64,000 nt of DNA. Origin: Mobula hypostoma (lineage: Eukaryota). Positions 11,621-24,638 of the stretch are shown piece by piece. The stretch lies in contig NC_086097.1 in the NCBI RefSeq assembly GCF_963921235.1, forward strand, positions 186,374,001-186,438,000, in the 5' to 3' direction. Numbering within the stretch: position 1 is the stretch's first letter; each line of letters begins with the position of its first letter. The notes below the pieces were generated by a model. That model worked only from the letters and a program-made list of their open reading frames with translations. It made no database searches and was not told where the DNA came from. The translations under genes and the position numbers were made by a program.

Positions 11621-12115
11621 TCAAAGTAATGGATGAATTGAGCAGTGCAGAGACAGCGACAAGGTTAGATTCAGAGTACAGATGAATATAATATAACTGC
11701 AACCAAACAAGTTCATTTCCAAAAGGATTACTTGTTAGTTAAAAATGATGGCAAGTTGTTGATAACAAAGGCAACAATAGAACAAAAGAATTAGTCACAC
11801 AAATCTGTCAAACGGGAAATATTTTATTGATTGATGTACAGTATCAGTTACTGGAGGGAGAGGGACCAGATCATCTCATAGCTGTTGTCCACACATTCCC
11901 TTTGATTGTGGAAAACATGCACTTTTATACATATTTAGAAATAATATACATCTTTGTCATTATACTACTATTGGTTGGGGTTTGATATCTGAAGGCTAAA
12001 ACATCTTTTTGTTTGGGTAAGTTCTTGGGTTACCATGGTGATAGCACCAAGAAGTCCATTATCCCCAATTACTACATTGCTCCAGAATCATTGTGTCCAA
12101 GTACATTGTTGCTAC

Positions 12116-15064
12116 AGTTGTGTATTTAATATTTCAGTAATATTGTAAGTATGTTGTTGATTAAGCATTCTTCATCTGTTTAAATAATCCATTACAGGTT
12201 ATATGCAAAAGTAAGTGAATTGCATACGTCATGACACTACCAAGTGATACATACTCGTGTAGCTTAAAGTAATCTATCGTACTCTCTGCTCTTTTGATTT
12301 CGTTTGAATGAGTTTAATGTTTTGGAGTTTCAAAACATAACAGTGGTGATTAAGTATTTTCTAAAACAAACCTGAGACAGCTACTAACCTGTTGACGTGC
12401 AGTTAGGTGCTCAAATTTTTTTTTTAAAAGCAGCACAGCATGGTGTTTTTCAGAAGGGAAGGCACAATCGAGTTTAAAAAAAACAGAAAACAAAAGAATT
12501 CATGGATTCATAAGCAGTGAGTGCCGAGTGATAGTAATCATTAAAAGAAGAGCAAAAATAGCTAGATACATTGGAAAGATTGATGCATTTGATCATTACT
12601 GGGTAAATAGCTCATATTTTCTGAGCTACGAGGGGTGATTGATAAGTTCATGGCCATAGGTAGAAGAAGTCAATTTTAGAAAACCTAGCACATTTACTTT
12701 CAACATAGTCCCCTCTTATATTTACACACTCAGTCCAGCGGTCATGGAGCATGCGGATCCCTTGGTCCACAGCAGGGGTGATTGATAAGTTCATGGCCTA
12801 AGGTGGAAGGAGATGAATTATTAACTTCAAACTTTCTGCATAATCACTCAAAGAGTTGAACTGCATGTGCATGTAACGAGAGCTGTATAACTCATCTCCT
12901 TACTATCGTCATACTACAGGGGCACAAGGATTACACAAGTGTGCTGAAAAAATTCAAGCAGTGGTGGATGCCTAAAGGCCAAAGGATGTGCCATAGGACA
13001 TGCCATAGTTGTAGCCTTTTTGTAGAATTTATTAACTACTATAGCAGGTCCCTGCCAAACCTGGCTACGGTGTCCCACGCCTTGAATTCACTATTGTAGA
13101 TCGGAAAGAAACGGCAATGGACAAAGCAGCGCAAGGTGGCTTTCAAAAAGGTAAAGGAAGTAGTGACATCAGACACTGTACTCACTCACTATGATCCACG
13201 TCGTCCAATGAAGCTTGCCTGTGATGCCTGGTCTTATGGTACAGCTGCTGTCATGGCACATGTTCTAAGTGACGGATGTGACCATCCCATAGCCTTTGCA
13301 TCACGTTCCCTTACCACTGCAGAGAAAAATTGTGCACAGATTGGCAGGGAGGCCTTGAATCTGTTTTGGAGTGTAAAACAGTTTAACTAGTACCTATCTG
13401 GAAGAGAGTTTACCCTCATTACTGATCATTAACCACTGGTGTTCATTTCCAATCCATAGAAGGATATTCAACTAACAGCAGCAGCACGAATACAGAGATG
13501 GATTCTGTTTCTTAGAGGACACAAAAACTAATTTGAATTTGAGGAAATAACTAAACATGGAAATGTGGATGGATTGTTCCATTTCCCCTTGGAAAATGAG
13601 CTACTGGAGAAAATTGACAAAAAAGAACACTCCTCTTAACATTCTCAAAAACAAAACCGGAAAAGACCTCACACTGTCTCACGTCTACATGGCCAATCAA
13701 AATGGCTGGAATGTGCAGCAGAAACTTCAGTTCCCCATTGTTTGCTAGCGTCTGGGTGAAGTTACTCTTGACAGAGGTTGCCTTATGTGAGGTTTGCAAG
13801 TTGTTGTACCATCCAAACTGAGAGCTAAAGTGTTGGTGGAGCTACATAGCGGTCATCTAAGCACAGTGAAAATGAAAGCATTGGCTCAAAGCTTTGTCTG
13901 GTGACCTGGCATAGATCAGCAGATCGAGTAGCTTGCCATGCACTGTTTGGGATTGCAACACATCCAAAGGATGCCGTGAGCCTCTTCTCAAGGTCTGGTG
14001 TTCTGGAACACTTAGTCAATGATAATGGACCACAGTTGGTTGTGGATTAGTTTCAGTCTTTCCTAAAACTGAATGGAATAAGACATATTACCATACCACC
14101 CAACTAACAAATGGTTTGGCTGAATGATTTGTCTAGGGTCTAAGGAACATAGTGTGAGTGATGTAAGCAGAACACACTGCACTGACACTTAATCAGAAGC
14201 TCACCAATTACCTCCTTGCATATCATAGTGCAGCACACTCCGCACCCAACAACTCACCAGTTATGCTGTTCCTGGGTCATCCCTTGTATTCATGCTTGGA
14301 TTTCCTCAAACCCAGTCTTAGAAGGAGTATGCAGGACAAACATCTGAGACAAACTGAAGGCTCTTCAAACAAAGATGTTCAATTTTTCACTCCTGTACAA
14401 GCCGTCCTAGTGAAGGACTACAGAGGTGATGAAAAATGGGTTCCTGGAAAGATTAAGGACAGAACAGGCCCACTCTCCTACACAGTGGAGATTGCCTCTG
14501 ATATCATCTGGGGATGACACATCGATTAGTTGAGGCGAGCAGAGTTAACTGTTAGAGAAGAAAAGTGACTTCCACTGTCAGAGCTGCTTCCTACAATCCC
14601 AGTCAACTCCTACCACCACGAGGGAGGAGGCCCTAGGACCTGAGAATGGTTCACACATGTCAGGAAAACATTATCCCACAAGAGTAAATCCCACATAGCG
14701 ATTAAATTTTTAGGCCTGGATGGGATCATTTAAATTTACTATTCTGTGGATGTCTGTATATAGTAGTTGTATTATATATAATACTGCTATATAGTTGAGA
14801 TGCAGTCTCTATTGAGTTGGAGCTTATAGCTAAGCAGGGAGGAGTATTGTGCATTTAATATTTCAGTTATATTTGAGTAATTTTTTATATAAGTAGGTTG
14901 ATTAAGCATTCTTTATTTGTTTAAATAATTCATTGTGGGTTCTATTTAAAAATAAGTGAATTGAATACGTCACGACGCTATCATGTGATATGTGATATAT
15001 CATCTCACGGCTCTCTTGTTTTCCTTTGAATTAATTTAATGTTTAGGAGTTATAAAACATAACT
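12116..15064 (+). mobile_element. Internally deleted Gypsy (Mag-like) LTR retrotransposon with both LTRs
   Basis: LTRs 12116-12342 and 14845-15064; PPT AAGCAGGGAGGAG 14832-14844; near-TSD GCTAC/GTTAC; gag start (YIGKIDAFD), RNase H (LTHYDPRRPMKLACDAWSYG...PIAFASRSLT 13136-13390) and integrase remnants (DNGPQ; WVPGKIKDRTGPLSYTVE). Confidence 0.9.
12627..12900 (+). mobile_element. Mariner-like transposon end fragment nested in the Gypsy element
   Basis: Starts TA-CGAGGGGTGATTGATAAGTT (mariner-type TIR); AGGGGTGATTGATAAGTTCATGGCC recurs at 12774-12798. Confidence 0.55.
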
Positions 15065-15759
15065 GTTACATATTTTGTTTATGCCCCATGTCAAGTCCTT
15101 GTTCTAACTCGGGCTGCTGGTTACCACGGTGACAGCCTTGGATGCTACTTCCTGCTACCATAGAGACAAATCCAGAGCTAACTCTACTACTTCCAAATAT
15201 ATGAATACAATGGGTGCCATAGTTTGTAGTTTTCTGTGAAGATGAAGTTATTTTTAAGGGTCTTGTACTGATGATCCTGGTAGTTCAGCTTCACAAACCA
15301 GATATGACTTATTTGGCAGAGTGGTGTGGAAATGCACTTTTGTCCTACATTATGTATTTATGCTATAATATGCAAATTAGCCATATTTTCCACGTAAGCA
15401 TAATTCTACCACTTCACTGCAGCAACTATTTCTGTCTTCCTTGGGACCAAACTCCTGAAGGAAGCTATCTAAGTTGAGATGAGAAATTTTGAGTTATAAC
15501 CACTAAGTTATGTACTCTTAGTACATGTTTGAACTATTCCTGTGCTGAGGTCCACAACCTAGCAGTGCAGACAAAATCCAAACTGGCATTAGTGAGCGGT
15601 TTATTGGTGAGTAAATGCCATTAGGTAGCACCGCAGAATACAGCTTCCATGATTTTGCTCTGGATAACATTTGGCCAATGCTGGCTTCCAACAAAGAAAT
15701 CAAACCTGTCCCTTTTCTACTTGCCTTATTTACCTTGTACCGCTGCAACTTCTACCACC

Positions 15760-15965
15760 CCTGACTATCCCACAATACCGGTGTAACTTACGAAAGCAAA
15801 CTTTTCGATACCCAATTACCCTACTAGCACACTTCAGGATGAGGTGGCAGACTAGATCACCCAGCAGAAAACCAGGGGTGACAGGGAGAAACTCCACACA
15901 TACAGTTCCTCAGGTTGTATTGAATTCAGGACTCTAGAAGTATGAAGCAGCATCCTTAACATCTG
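15760..15965 (-). mobile_element. Degenerate V-domain SINE
   Basis: Reverse-complement similarity to the V-core (ATCACCCAGCAGAAAACC...ACAGGGAGAA...CTCCACACA). Confidence 0.45.
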
Positions 15966-16236
15966 TACTACCTAGTCTGGGTAACCAATTTGGCATATGC
16001 TGAGACGCCCAGTCGCAAACTGAGGATTTGCCTAGACTCAACAAATTGTAACAGTTCCTTGGAGAGGAATAAATCAAATATTTTCAGTGCACTGCATGCA
16101 AACAATGACACGTATTTAACTGGTTTTTCAACACACTCTTCAGTAGGTATTAATGGAAAAATAATTCCTAAGGTTGTCATAGTCAGAGGTGGTAGTGGTG
16201 ATAAGCTCCCATTACCTATAAAGAGCTCCAAAATGG

Positions 16237-16748
16237 TATGCGTCTCTAACAGCCTCTGACAACCAAGTCCAACTCTTGGCTGTCACGTGTAGCTTAGCTA
16301 CTAGGCCCAGCGGAACTGTTTCTACCGACAGGAGAAGGGGCAAAGGCACACCACTGGTGCCTCATAAACCAATTGCTTTGGGCAGATGAGGTTCATCAGC
16401 CTTGGTGGCAGCCTGCCTAGGAGAAGGAAAACTCAGATTTTAAATCTCCGCTGTCTTGCAGTCATACTCACCCACAGGAAAGACTTCGGGAGTAAACTCC
16501 GAAGAAGAAATCCAGAGCCAGAGTCTCTAAGGCAGTTTGATGTTGTTTACAACTTCACTCTGGCAACCTCTGCGATGAAACTGGTGCCAAGCTGTATCAG
16601 CGCATGCCCTTCCCTACATCAGTGACGTAGAGAGGGGGAACCCACTGCATGGGCATCAGCCGGTTCTTCAAAACTTCCCTTCCAGGGTTGCGTCCTGGAG
16701 AGGACACAGCGCAAACCCATGATTCCCTGGGATTGATGGCTGCTTACT
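16237..16748 (+). mobile_element. Bipartite non-autonomous RTE-derived element (5' UTR-like part plus 3' tail)
   Basis: GGCAGCCTGCCTAGGAGAAGGAAAACTCAGATT (RTE 5' UTR-like), 3' CCATGATTCCCTGGGATTGATGGCTGCTTACT, flanking AATGG repeat (16232-16236, 16749-16753); internal similarity to 59510-59983. Confidence 0.6.
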
Positions 16749-16753
16749 AATGG

Positions 16754-17370
16754 AAAGATATGCTATTTAGGGAATCAGTGCAAAGATTGAATATTTACTT
16801 GAAGGCTTCTGTTGGATGAAGATCATAGATAATGACATATTTGTCTTTAGAAAAGAGAAACTGGATGAAATAGAGAAAAAGACAATTGGACAATGATAGG
16901 ATGCTGAGTGGTCCAATGAGGAAAAGAGCTGAGGTAGAATGAGCAAACATTGAGCTTCAAAATGGACGAGTCTCTTTCATGCGTCAGAGGATCACCAGAG
17001 ATTACCTGAAGCCAGTTTCAGCAAAGGTCAGGATAGCAGTGGAACTGCTGGGTCTGACGGATGTTGCAGTGATTGCAATGTTTTCTGAGGATTATCAATT
17101 ATCTGTGCAAGTTCCTGTGCTATATGAATGAGGCACAACAGACAGCTGATCAAGACCTACTGTTAAAACAAATTAAGGCAGTCACAGAAAAGCCTGCATT
17201 GAAATATCTTGATAAGTTGGAGCTGAGTCAACAATAGATGCTTCAGATAAGATTTTTGAAGCAATTGGTTTTGGTTAAAGACATAAACAGAATTTTGACA
17301 GAAGAAATGCATTAATTGAGGATACTTGTTGATCTGGAGAAGTGTCCCCAATACACAAATAGGGAAATGT
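16754..17370 (+). mobile_element. Ancient, highly decayed CR1 RT relic
   Basis: Faint colinear matches to CR1 KMDKSPGPDGIHPR (AAAATGGACGAGTCTC...GGATCACCAGAG), PEDW (TCTGAGGATT) and the DVVYLD..DKVP region. Confidence 0.3.
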
Positions 17371-18149
17371 TATTTATGCTTTTTAATCATGAGTCATTCA
17401 AGATCACTGTATTAATTCTGTCCATTGACCACTAAAGAAACTGTCAGGACACAGATTATGAACACAAAGATCATTAACTGTCTGGGCAAGGTGCCAGCCT
17501 ACCTCCTGCAAATGTCTTCTCCAATAATGGAGATTACTCTCTCCCACTGCATCTTCATTAAAACCAGAGATGTGCAGGTTGGAGGCATGATGGTGCAGTG
17601 ACTCAGATTTTCATCATTTTACCATCCTACCGAGTTCAAACATGGTCTTTATGGGAGTGTAAACTCTCAACATTTTTCTGCTTCTGCTGAGTCATTTTCT
17701 AGTACATAAGCCCTTCTGAGCATAGTGTGTGTGCAGAGTGATGAATTAACTGGCTACTTGAAAACAATACATTTGTGAGTAATAGTGTTTCATTAATACA
17801 GAAGTAAATACTACAGAAGCTGAAAATCTAAAATGAAAGCACAAAAATATTGCAAGTAGTGATTCACTCTTTCTTCCTCTTGTCATTGTTCCCTCTTTTT
17901 GTTCTTTTCTGTGGTCCCACCTACTGGGCATGTCCTTGTAGTAAGATCCTTTCTCTGTGTAAGACGTTGCCGATGTTTTATAGTGGCTCTACTAAAATAC
18001 AATTTTAACTGTATTCTACTCTCTTTCCACCAGACATAATCCCTTTAATCCTCTCATCCCTCACTTTCATTCTATCCGATACAAAACTAGACTGTTTCTC
18101 TCCTTCCTCACTGTTGCGCTTTGACTGAAAAAAAAGGACAAACAACTCT

Positions 18150-18665
18150 TCAAAACTCCCACATCCACTGGTGCCGATGTGAAAGCATCCTTTAGTAGGA
18201 CGAACCTGTGTAATACATCAGGCCCATATGGGGTACCCGCCCAAGTACTGAAGAACTGTGCTAATCAACTGGCTGGAATGTTTACTGGTATTTTGAACCT
18301 CTTGCTTCAACAATCTGTGGTACCCACCTGCTTCAAGCAGACTTAAATTACATTTACTGGTGCCCAAGAAGAACATGGCAATCTGCCTCAATGACTATTG
18401 TTTAGTCTCGTATATCCACAGTGATGAAATGTTTTGAGCAGTTGGTGATGAAACATATCAACTCCTGCCTAAGGAGTAACTTGAATTTGCTCCAGTTTGC
18501 CTGCTATCACAATAGATCTACATTTCATCGGCTCTTCATCAACCCTGGAACAAATGGACAGTGAATATGTATACATCAGGATACTCTTCATTGACTACAG
18601 CTCAGCATTCAATACTATCATTCCTCTAAACTGATCAATAACATTCAATATGTAGGTCTCAATAT
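18150..18665 (+). mobile_element. Rex1/Babar LINE RT fragment (continues at about 21990-22460)
   Basis: SGPYGVPAQVLKNCANQLAG, VPTCFKQ, CLNDY, LFIDYSSAFNTI motifs. Confidence 0.8.
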
Positions 18666-18668
18666 CTC

Positions 18669-18814
18669 AAACAAGAGAAAATCTGCAGATGCTGGAAATC
18701 CAAGCAGCACATATAAAATGCTGGAGGAACTCAGCAGGCCAGGCAGCATCAGTTCTGATGAAGGGTCTTGGCCCGAAACATAGACTGTTTACTTTTTTCC
18801 ATAGATGCTGCCTA
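18669..18814. mobile_element. Short inverted Penelope pLTR remnant with hammerhead motif at 18751-18786 (+)
   Basis: Reverse-oriented pLTR tail joined to CTGATGAAGGGTCTTGGCCCGAAACATAGACT. Confidence 0.75.
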
Positions 18815-21800
18815 GCTTTCTTTCTGTAACCTTTGACATCCTGACTAAACAAGAATTTATCAACCTCTGCTTTAAATATACTCAATGACTTGACCTCCAC
18901 AGTTGTCTGTAGCAATGAATTCCATAGATTCACCACCATCTGGCTAAAGAAATTCCTCCTCTTCTCTGTTCTAAATGGACATCCCTCTATTCTGAGGCTG
19001 TGCCCTTTGGTCCTAGACTAATTCACTATAGGAAACATCCTCTCCACATGCACTCATTCTAGGCCTTTCAATATGTGATAGGTTTCAATGAGAACATCCT
19101 TCATTCTTCAAAACTCTAGCAAGTACAGACCCAGAGCCATCAAACACTCCTCATACATCAACCGTTTCATTTACTGAATCATTCTCATAAACTTCTCTGG
19201 ACCCTCTCCTATGCCAGCACATCTTTCTCAAATAAGGGACCCAAAACTTTTCTCAATACTCCAAGTGTGGTCTGACTAATGTCTTATAAATCTTCAACAT
19301 CATATTCCTGCTCTTATATCCTAGTCCTCTCAAAAAAATGCTAATATTGCATTTGTGTTCCTTACCATCAACTTAAGCTGCAAATTAACCCTAAGAGAAT
19401 CTTCTGATTTTTGAATTTTCTCCCCTTTTAGAAAATAGTCTACACCTTTATTCTTTTGACCAAAGTACATGACCATACACTTCCCTACACCATTTTCATC
19501 TACCACTTCACTGGCCATTTTCCCAATCCGTCAAAATCCTTCTGCAGACTCCCTGCTTGCTCAGCGCTACTGCCCCTTCATTTACCCTTGTGTCATCTGC
19601 AAACTTGTCCAAAAATCATTAATTTCATCATCCAAATTGTTGACACATAACCTGAAAAGAAGTGGTGCCAATACCGACATGTAGGGAACGCCACTTGTCA
19701 CCAGCAGCCAATCAGAATAGGCACTCTTTATTCCGACTCTGCCTTCTGTCAATCAACCAATTTTTTATTCATGCTCAAACATGAGGAAATCTGCAGCTGC
19801 TGGAATTTCAAGCAACACATATAAAAATTGCTGGTGAATGCAGCAGGCCAGGCAGCATCTATAGGAAGAGGTACAGTCGACGTTTTGGGCCGAGACCCTT
19901 CGTCAGGACTAACTGAAAGAAGAGATAGTAAGAGATTTGAAAGTGGGAGGGGGAGGGGGAGATCCAAAATGACAGGAGAAGACAGGAGGGGGAGGGATGG
20001 AGCCAAGAGCTGGACAGGTGATCGGCAAAAGGGATATGAGAGGATCATGGGACAGGAGACCCAGGGAGAAGGAAAGGGGGGGGGGACCCAGAGGACGGGC
20101 AAGGGGTATAGTGAGAGAGACAGAGGGAGAAAAAGGAGAGAGAGAGAAAGAAAAAAAAAAAATTAATAATAAATAAATAAATAACAGATGGGGTACGAAA
20201 GGGAGGTTCTCTAACTTCCATTAATGCCCCACCTCCCCTATAATGTGTGTTGCACAGAGGATGCTGCTTGGTTTAGAGGGTATTAGCTTAAGGAAAGGTT
20301 GAACAGACTTTGTTTCCTCAGGAGTGTCGGAGACTGGGAAGAGAACTGATAGAAGTTTAAAGCATTATAAGAGGCACAGATAGGGTGGGTGCACAGTCAG
20401 AGACATCCCATCAGAGTAGAAGTTTAAAATACTAGAAGGCACAGCTTTAGGGTGAGAGGGGATGTTGAAAGGTGATGTGTGGGGCACAATTTTTTTCTTA
20501 CACACAGTGCTAGGTACCTAGAATGCACTTTTAGGGTTGGTGGTGGCGGAAGCAGATAAAATAGTAGATTTTAAGAGGTTTTTAGATAGGCACATGTACA
20601 TTCAGGAAATGCAGGGATATGGATCATGTGCAGCCAGCAATTTTTATGTGTGTTGCTTCTATTCGTGCTAGTATCTTTCCTATAACACCATGGGCTCTTA
20701 TTTTGTTGAGCGGCCTCATGTGCAGTACCTTGTCAAAGGCCTTCTGAAAACCTGCCTCCAAGTACCCCAAAACCTCATCCTTAATAACAGACTCCAACTT
20801 CTTTCTAACCACTGAAGTCAGGTTAGCTGGCCGATAATTTTCTTTTTTCTTTTTTTTTTCCTCCTTCCCTGCTTAAAAAGTGGAGTAACATTTGGAATTT
20901 TCCAGTCCTCTGGAACCAATCCAAAATCTAGTAATTCTTCAAAGATCATTGCTAAAGCCTCCACACTCTCTTTGGTACCTTTTTTAGTACCCTGGGATGC
21001 AGACCATCTGGCCCTGGAGACTTATTTACTTCTCAGCTTCCGAAGAACCTTCTCCTTACTAATAGCAGTTACACTTACTTCTACCCTCCGACACTCTCGA
21101 ACTTCAGGCGTACTGCTGCTGGCCTCCATGGTGAAGACTGACACAAAATGCTTATTAAATTTGTCGCCCTTCCTTTGTCCCCCAATTCTACCTCTCCAGT
21201 GTCATTTTCCAGCAATTCAGTATCCCCTCTTCCCTCTTTGTTACTCTTTCTATACATGTGGTTTGCTTTCTCACTTTCAGGTTTCATCTTTTCTCGCCTT
21301 TTGGATTTTCCCATTGCCTTCAGCTGGTTTTTGAAAGGTTCCCAATCCTCTAACTTTGAACTAATTTTTCCTATATTATATGCACTCTCTTTTCCTTTGA
21401 TGTTGTCTTTGACTTTGCTTGTCAGCTACAGTTGTCTTTTCCATTCTTCAGAATACTCTTTTCATCTTTGGGATGCATCTATCCTGTGCCTTCGGAATTG
21501 CCCCCAGAAACTCCAGCCACTGCTGTTCTGCCGGCATCCCTGCTAGTGTCCCTTTCCAATCATCTTTGGTCAGCTCCTCTCTTATGCTTCTGTGATTCCC
21601 TTTACCTCACAGTAATACATATACTGTATTTCTGCCTTTATCTTCTCTCTCTTAAAATGCAGAGTGAATTCCATCATATTATGACCACTGCCTCCAAAGG
21701 ATTCTTTTACCTTAAGGTCCCAAATCACATTTTTTTTCATTACACAACACCCAATCCCAAATTGCCTTTTCACTGGTGAGCTCAACCACAAGCTTCTCTA

Positions 21801-21985
21801 AAAAGCCATCTCATTGGCTTTCTGCAAATTCCCTCTCTTGGATCCAGCATCAATCTGATTTTTCCAACCTATCTGCATTTTGAACTTCCCCATGACTATT
21901 GTAACATTGCCATTATAAAATGCCTTTTCTATATCCCATTGAAATTTATATCCCATATCCTGGTTACCATTTAGGGCCCTGTAAT
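18815..21985 (-). mobile_element. CR1 LINE ORF2 (EN end, RT, C-terminus), decayed, interrupted at 19776-20659
   Basis: VVNLWNSL, KCMVMYFG, FQKAFDKVLHMR and GSGHNMMEF fragments are colinear on minus. Confidence 0.85.
19776..20659. mobile_element. Penelope pLTR insertion with a local inversion and a nested CR1 piece (about 20255-20625, +)
   Basis: pLTR in minus orientation 19776-20206, inverted piece 20207-20238, inverted tail 20630-20659; near-TSD TATTCATGCT/TATTCGTGCT; hammerhead 19875-19910 has GAAA changed to AAAA. Confidence 0.8.
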
Positions 21986-21989
21986 AACT

Positions 21990-22460
21990 CGCATCAGCAT
22001 ATAGGAGGGAGAATGAATATTTGGCTGTATCATGCCATAATAACAACCTCTCACTCAACAAAAGCAAAACCAAAGAGCTGATTATTGTATACAGGATGAG
22101 AAAAACAGGTGGTCCATGAGCCAGTCCTTATGGTGGGATCACAGGTGAAGAGGGTCAGCATCTTGAAATTTCTCAGCGTCATAATTTCAGAGGATCTGTC
22201 CTGGGTCCAGCACCTAATGTCATTATGAAGAATGCACAGAAGAAGCTCTACTTTCTTAGAAGTTTGCGAAAATTTGGCATGTGATCTAAAAGTCTGACAA
22301 ACTTCTATAGTTGAGTGATTGAGTATACTGTGTGGTTACATCACGGTCTGAAATGGAAACACCAATGAACTTGAATGGAAAGCTTACAAAAAGAAGTGGA
22401 TACAGCCCAGTTCATCACAGATAAAGCCCTCCTTACCATTGAATACATCTTCAAAGAATT
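21990..22460 (+). mobile_element. Rex1/Babar LINE RT C-terminal fragment
   Basis: CHNNNLSLNKSKTKELI, LKFLSVIISEDLSW, LYFLRSLRKFGM. Confidence 0.8.
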
Positions 22461-23296
22461 TGATTGTGCCCGTGTAAGTCATCAGATTGAGTTAAAATGC
22501 TGTAGGATCCTATTATTTGTTGGATTGTTTCTGGTTTCTTTTGGCATTTTCTGCATTAATCATCTTGAATTTGTTGTTTTTTTATTTGTATTTTTGATAA
22601 TTTTTTGTTATTAACCACCTGGTCCTGAATTGCTACAAGGAGCCCTTATGTTTCTGGGAAGATGTCTCCAACTCTGAGCCAGCATTCAACACTTCCTTGT
22701 TGTCATCTAATCTGCTCAGATTGTGGGGATGTCTTCCATAGAGAGTCATGCTCTTCCATTGATTAACTTTCCCTCTATAGCAATAATGTCTTCACTTTTC
22801 AGGGTTGAGCTTTCATTTAAGTTCACTGGTGTGTGCTTCCTATCAGAATTGTATACGCTCACATGGAGTACTGAATCCTGTTTTTGTTGATGAAAATATG
22901 TCCTTAGAAGATTTATCAGATTGTTCTGCCATTTTTTTATGTCTGTTATTTCTCTTCCTCCTTCTGCCCTAGGTGGTGTTAATCTAAGTATGGTCAAGTG
23001 AAATTTAAACATCCAAAAGGAATAATATTGGAAGTCAAAAGGTGATAAAGATCTGGCAAGTTAAAAAATCTTACATTGTTCTGGAATTGACAAGGTTGAG
23101 TGTAGTGAAATCATTATTTGAAATTGTTAAACTCATTAAGTTTGGAAGTGTGTGTATTATGATATGTGGGTTTTGTCCCAAAGGAAAAAAATAGCTAGAC
23201 TCCCTTGGCACTTTTGTGTCGAAAAAAATCAAACTTACAAAAATTAGAAAAAGCAGCAAAAAGTAAACTGCCAATATTTACAAAAAGACACAGGAA

Positions 23297-23425
23297 AGGT
23301 ACATTGCATCCAGAGTTTCTCCGGTTAATGGATGATTTCCCTCCACGCCTCTCTGACATAGTGGGGAACCTCATATGAGGCAAGTTACAGCAGTGGTTTT
23401 CCATTGCCTTCTGCTGGGTGAGTTT
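23297..23425 (-). mobile_element. 3' half of the SINE family seen at 44581-44841
   Basis: Shares ATGAGGCAAGTTACAGCAGTG...CCATTGCCTTCTGC.GGGTGAGTTT. Confidence 0.75.
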
Positions 23426-24536
23426 AGGCTCAGGTAAAGGACAGTTCGATCTTCTCCAGGTTCTCCTTGGGCCAGCACTGCTCCAATGCCTACTCCTGAG
23501 GCATCCACCTGGACAAGGGACCATTTGTCAAAGTCTGGGCTCTGATGGACAGGTGAAGAACACATGTGAGATTTAAGGGCTTGAAAAGCACTTTCACACT
23601 CACTTGTCCATGTCACGGGGTTGTTTACAGGTTCCCAATAAGAATAGTTAGAGATGCAGCCAGAGTGGTGAACTGGGGAATGAACCTGCGATACTACGCT
23701 ACCAGACCCAGGAAAGACTTCACTTCCTTCTTGGTGCGAGGTCGAGGACTTCGCGGATCGCTTCCACTTTGTCCATCTGTGCTTGAACAACTCCATTTCC
23801 CAGCTCGTAGCCAAGGGAATCTGATTTCCCTCTTTGCCCACTCACATTTTTGTAGATTGAGGGTGAGACCAGCAGCATGACTACGCCTCAGAACCCTGCA
23901 CAAATGGTCCAGGTCCTCTGACGAAGTCTGGCGTTAGACAACCACATCATCTAGATCGGCCGAACTGCAGTCCTTACGATCCTGGGGTACCCAGTCTATC
24001 AGCCGCTGGAATGCTGCTGGGACACCATGAAGACCAAAGGGCATCACGATGAATTGAAACAGACCCAGTGGTGTGAGGAATACAGTGAGGGGTTTTATTT
24101 GGTTATCCAGCAGAAACTGACAGTAGCCTTTACAAAGGTGCAGTGTAGTATTGTAATGTACTTGACCAATCCTTTCCAGAAAGACATCAAAATGGGGCAT
24201 ACAATCAGCATTGAATAAAAAAATTGTCTACCCTCAGAGTGCCGTGGGGACAATAACATTAGGATTGCTCCACTTACTGTTTGAAATCTCGATGACACCC
24301 AGCTCCAGCATGGTCCAAATCTCATCCTTCAGAGCTCCCACAAGTCGCTCTGGCACTCTATTGCAGTGTTGGTGTGTTAGGGCATATTCTGGGATTAGGG
24401 ATACGCCAAATATTAATGTACTTCAGCAATCAATCTTTAGACCCGAACGTGGATTGTAGATTTCATCTGAAAGGCAGCCTGTTTCCTCGAGCTGTGGACA
24501 GCAGTTGATTGAAAAAGCAGACAATGTTGATTAACA

Positions 24537-24638
24537 CAAACACGAGGAAATCTGCAGATGCTGGAAATTCAAGCAACACACATCAAAGTTGCTGGTGAAT
24601 GCAGCAGGCAAGGCAACATCTCTAGGAAGAGGTTTGAT
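24537..24638 (-). mobile_element. Penelope pLTR tail fragment
   Basis: 15-bp TSD CAATGTTGATTAACA (24522-24536, 24639-24653); matches about 3890-3990. Confidence 0.85.

Noticed and set aside
15968..16259. Overlapping ORFs on both strands, the minus one ending at AG|GTAGTA
   Set aside because: No recognisable protein, no acceptor, and stops appear upstream once the RTE insert is removed.
16850..16960. IEKKTIGQ**DAEWSNE resembling a YqaJ or viral exonuclease motif (possible endogenous virus)
   Set aside because: Multiple stops, no downstream catalytic motifs, and the surrounding sequence is better explained as an ancient CR1 relic.
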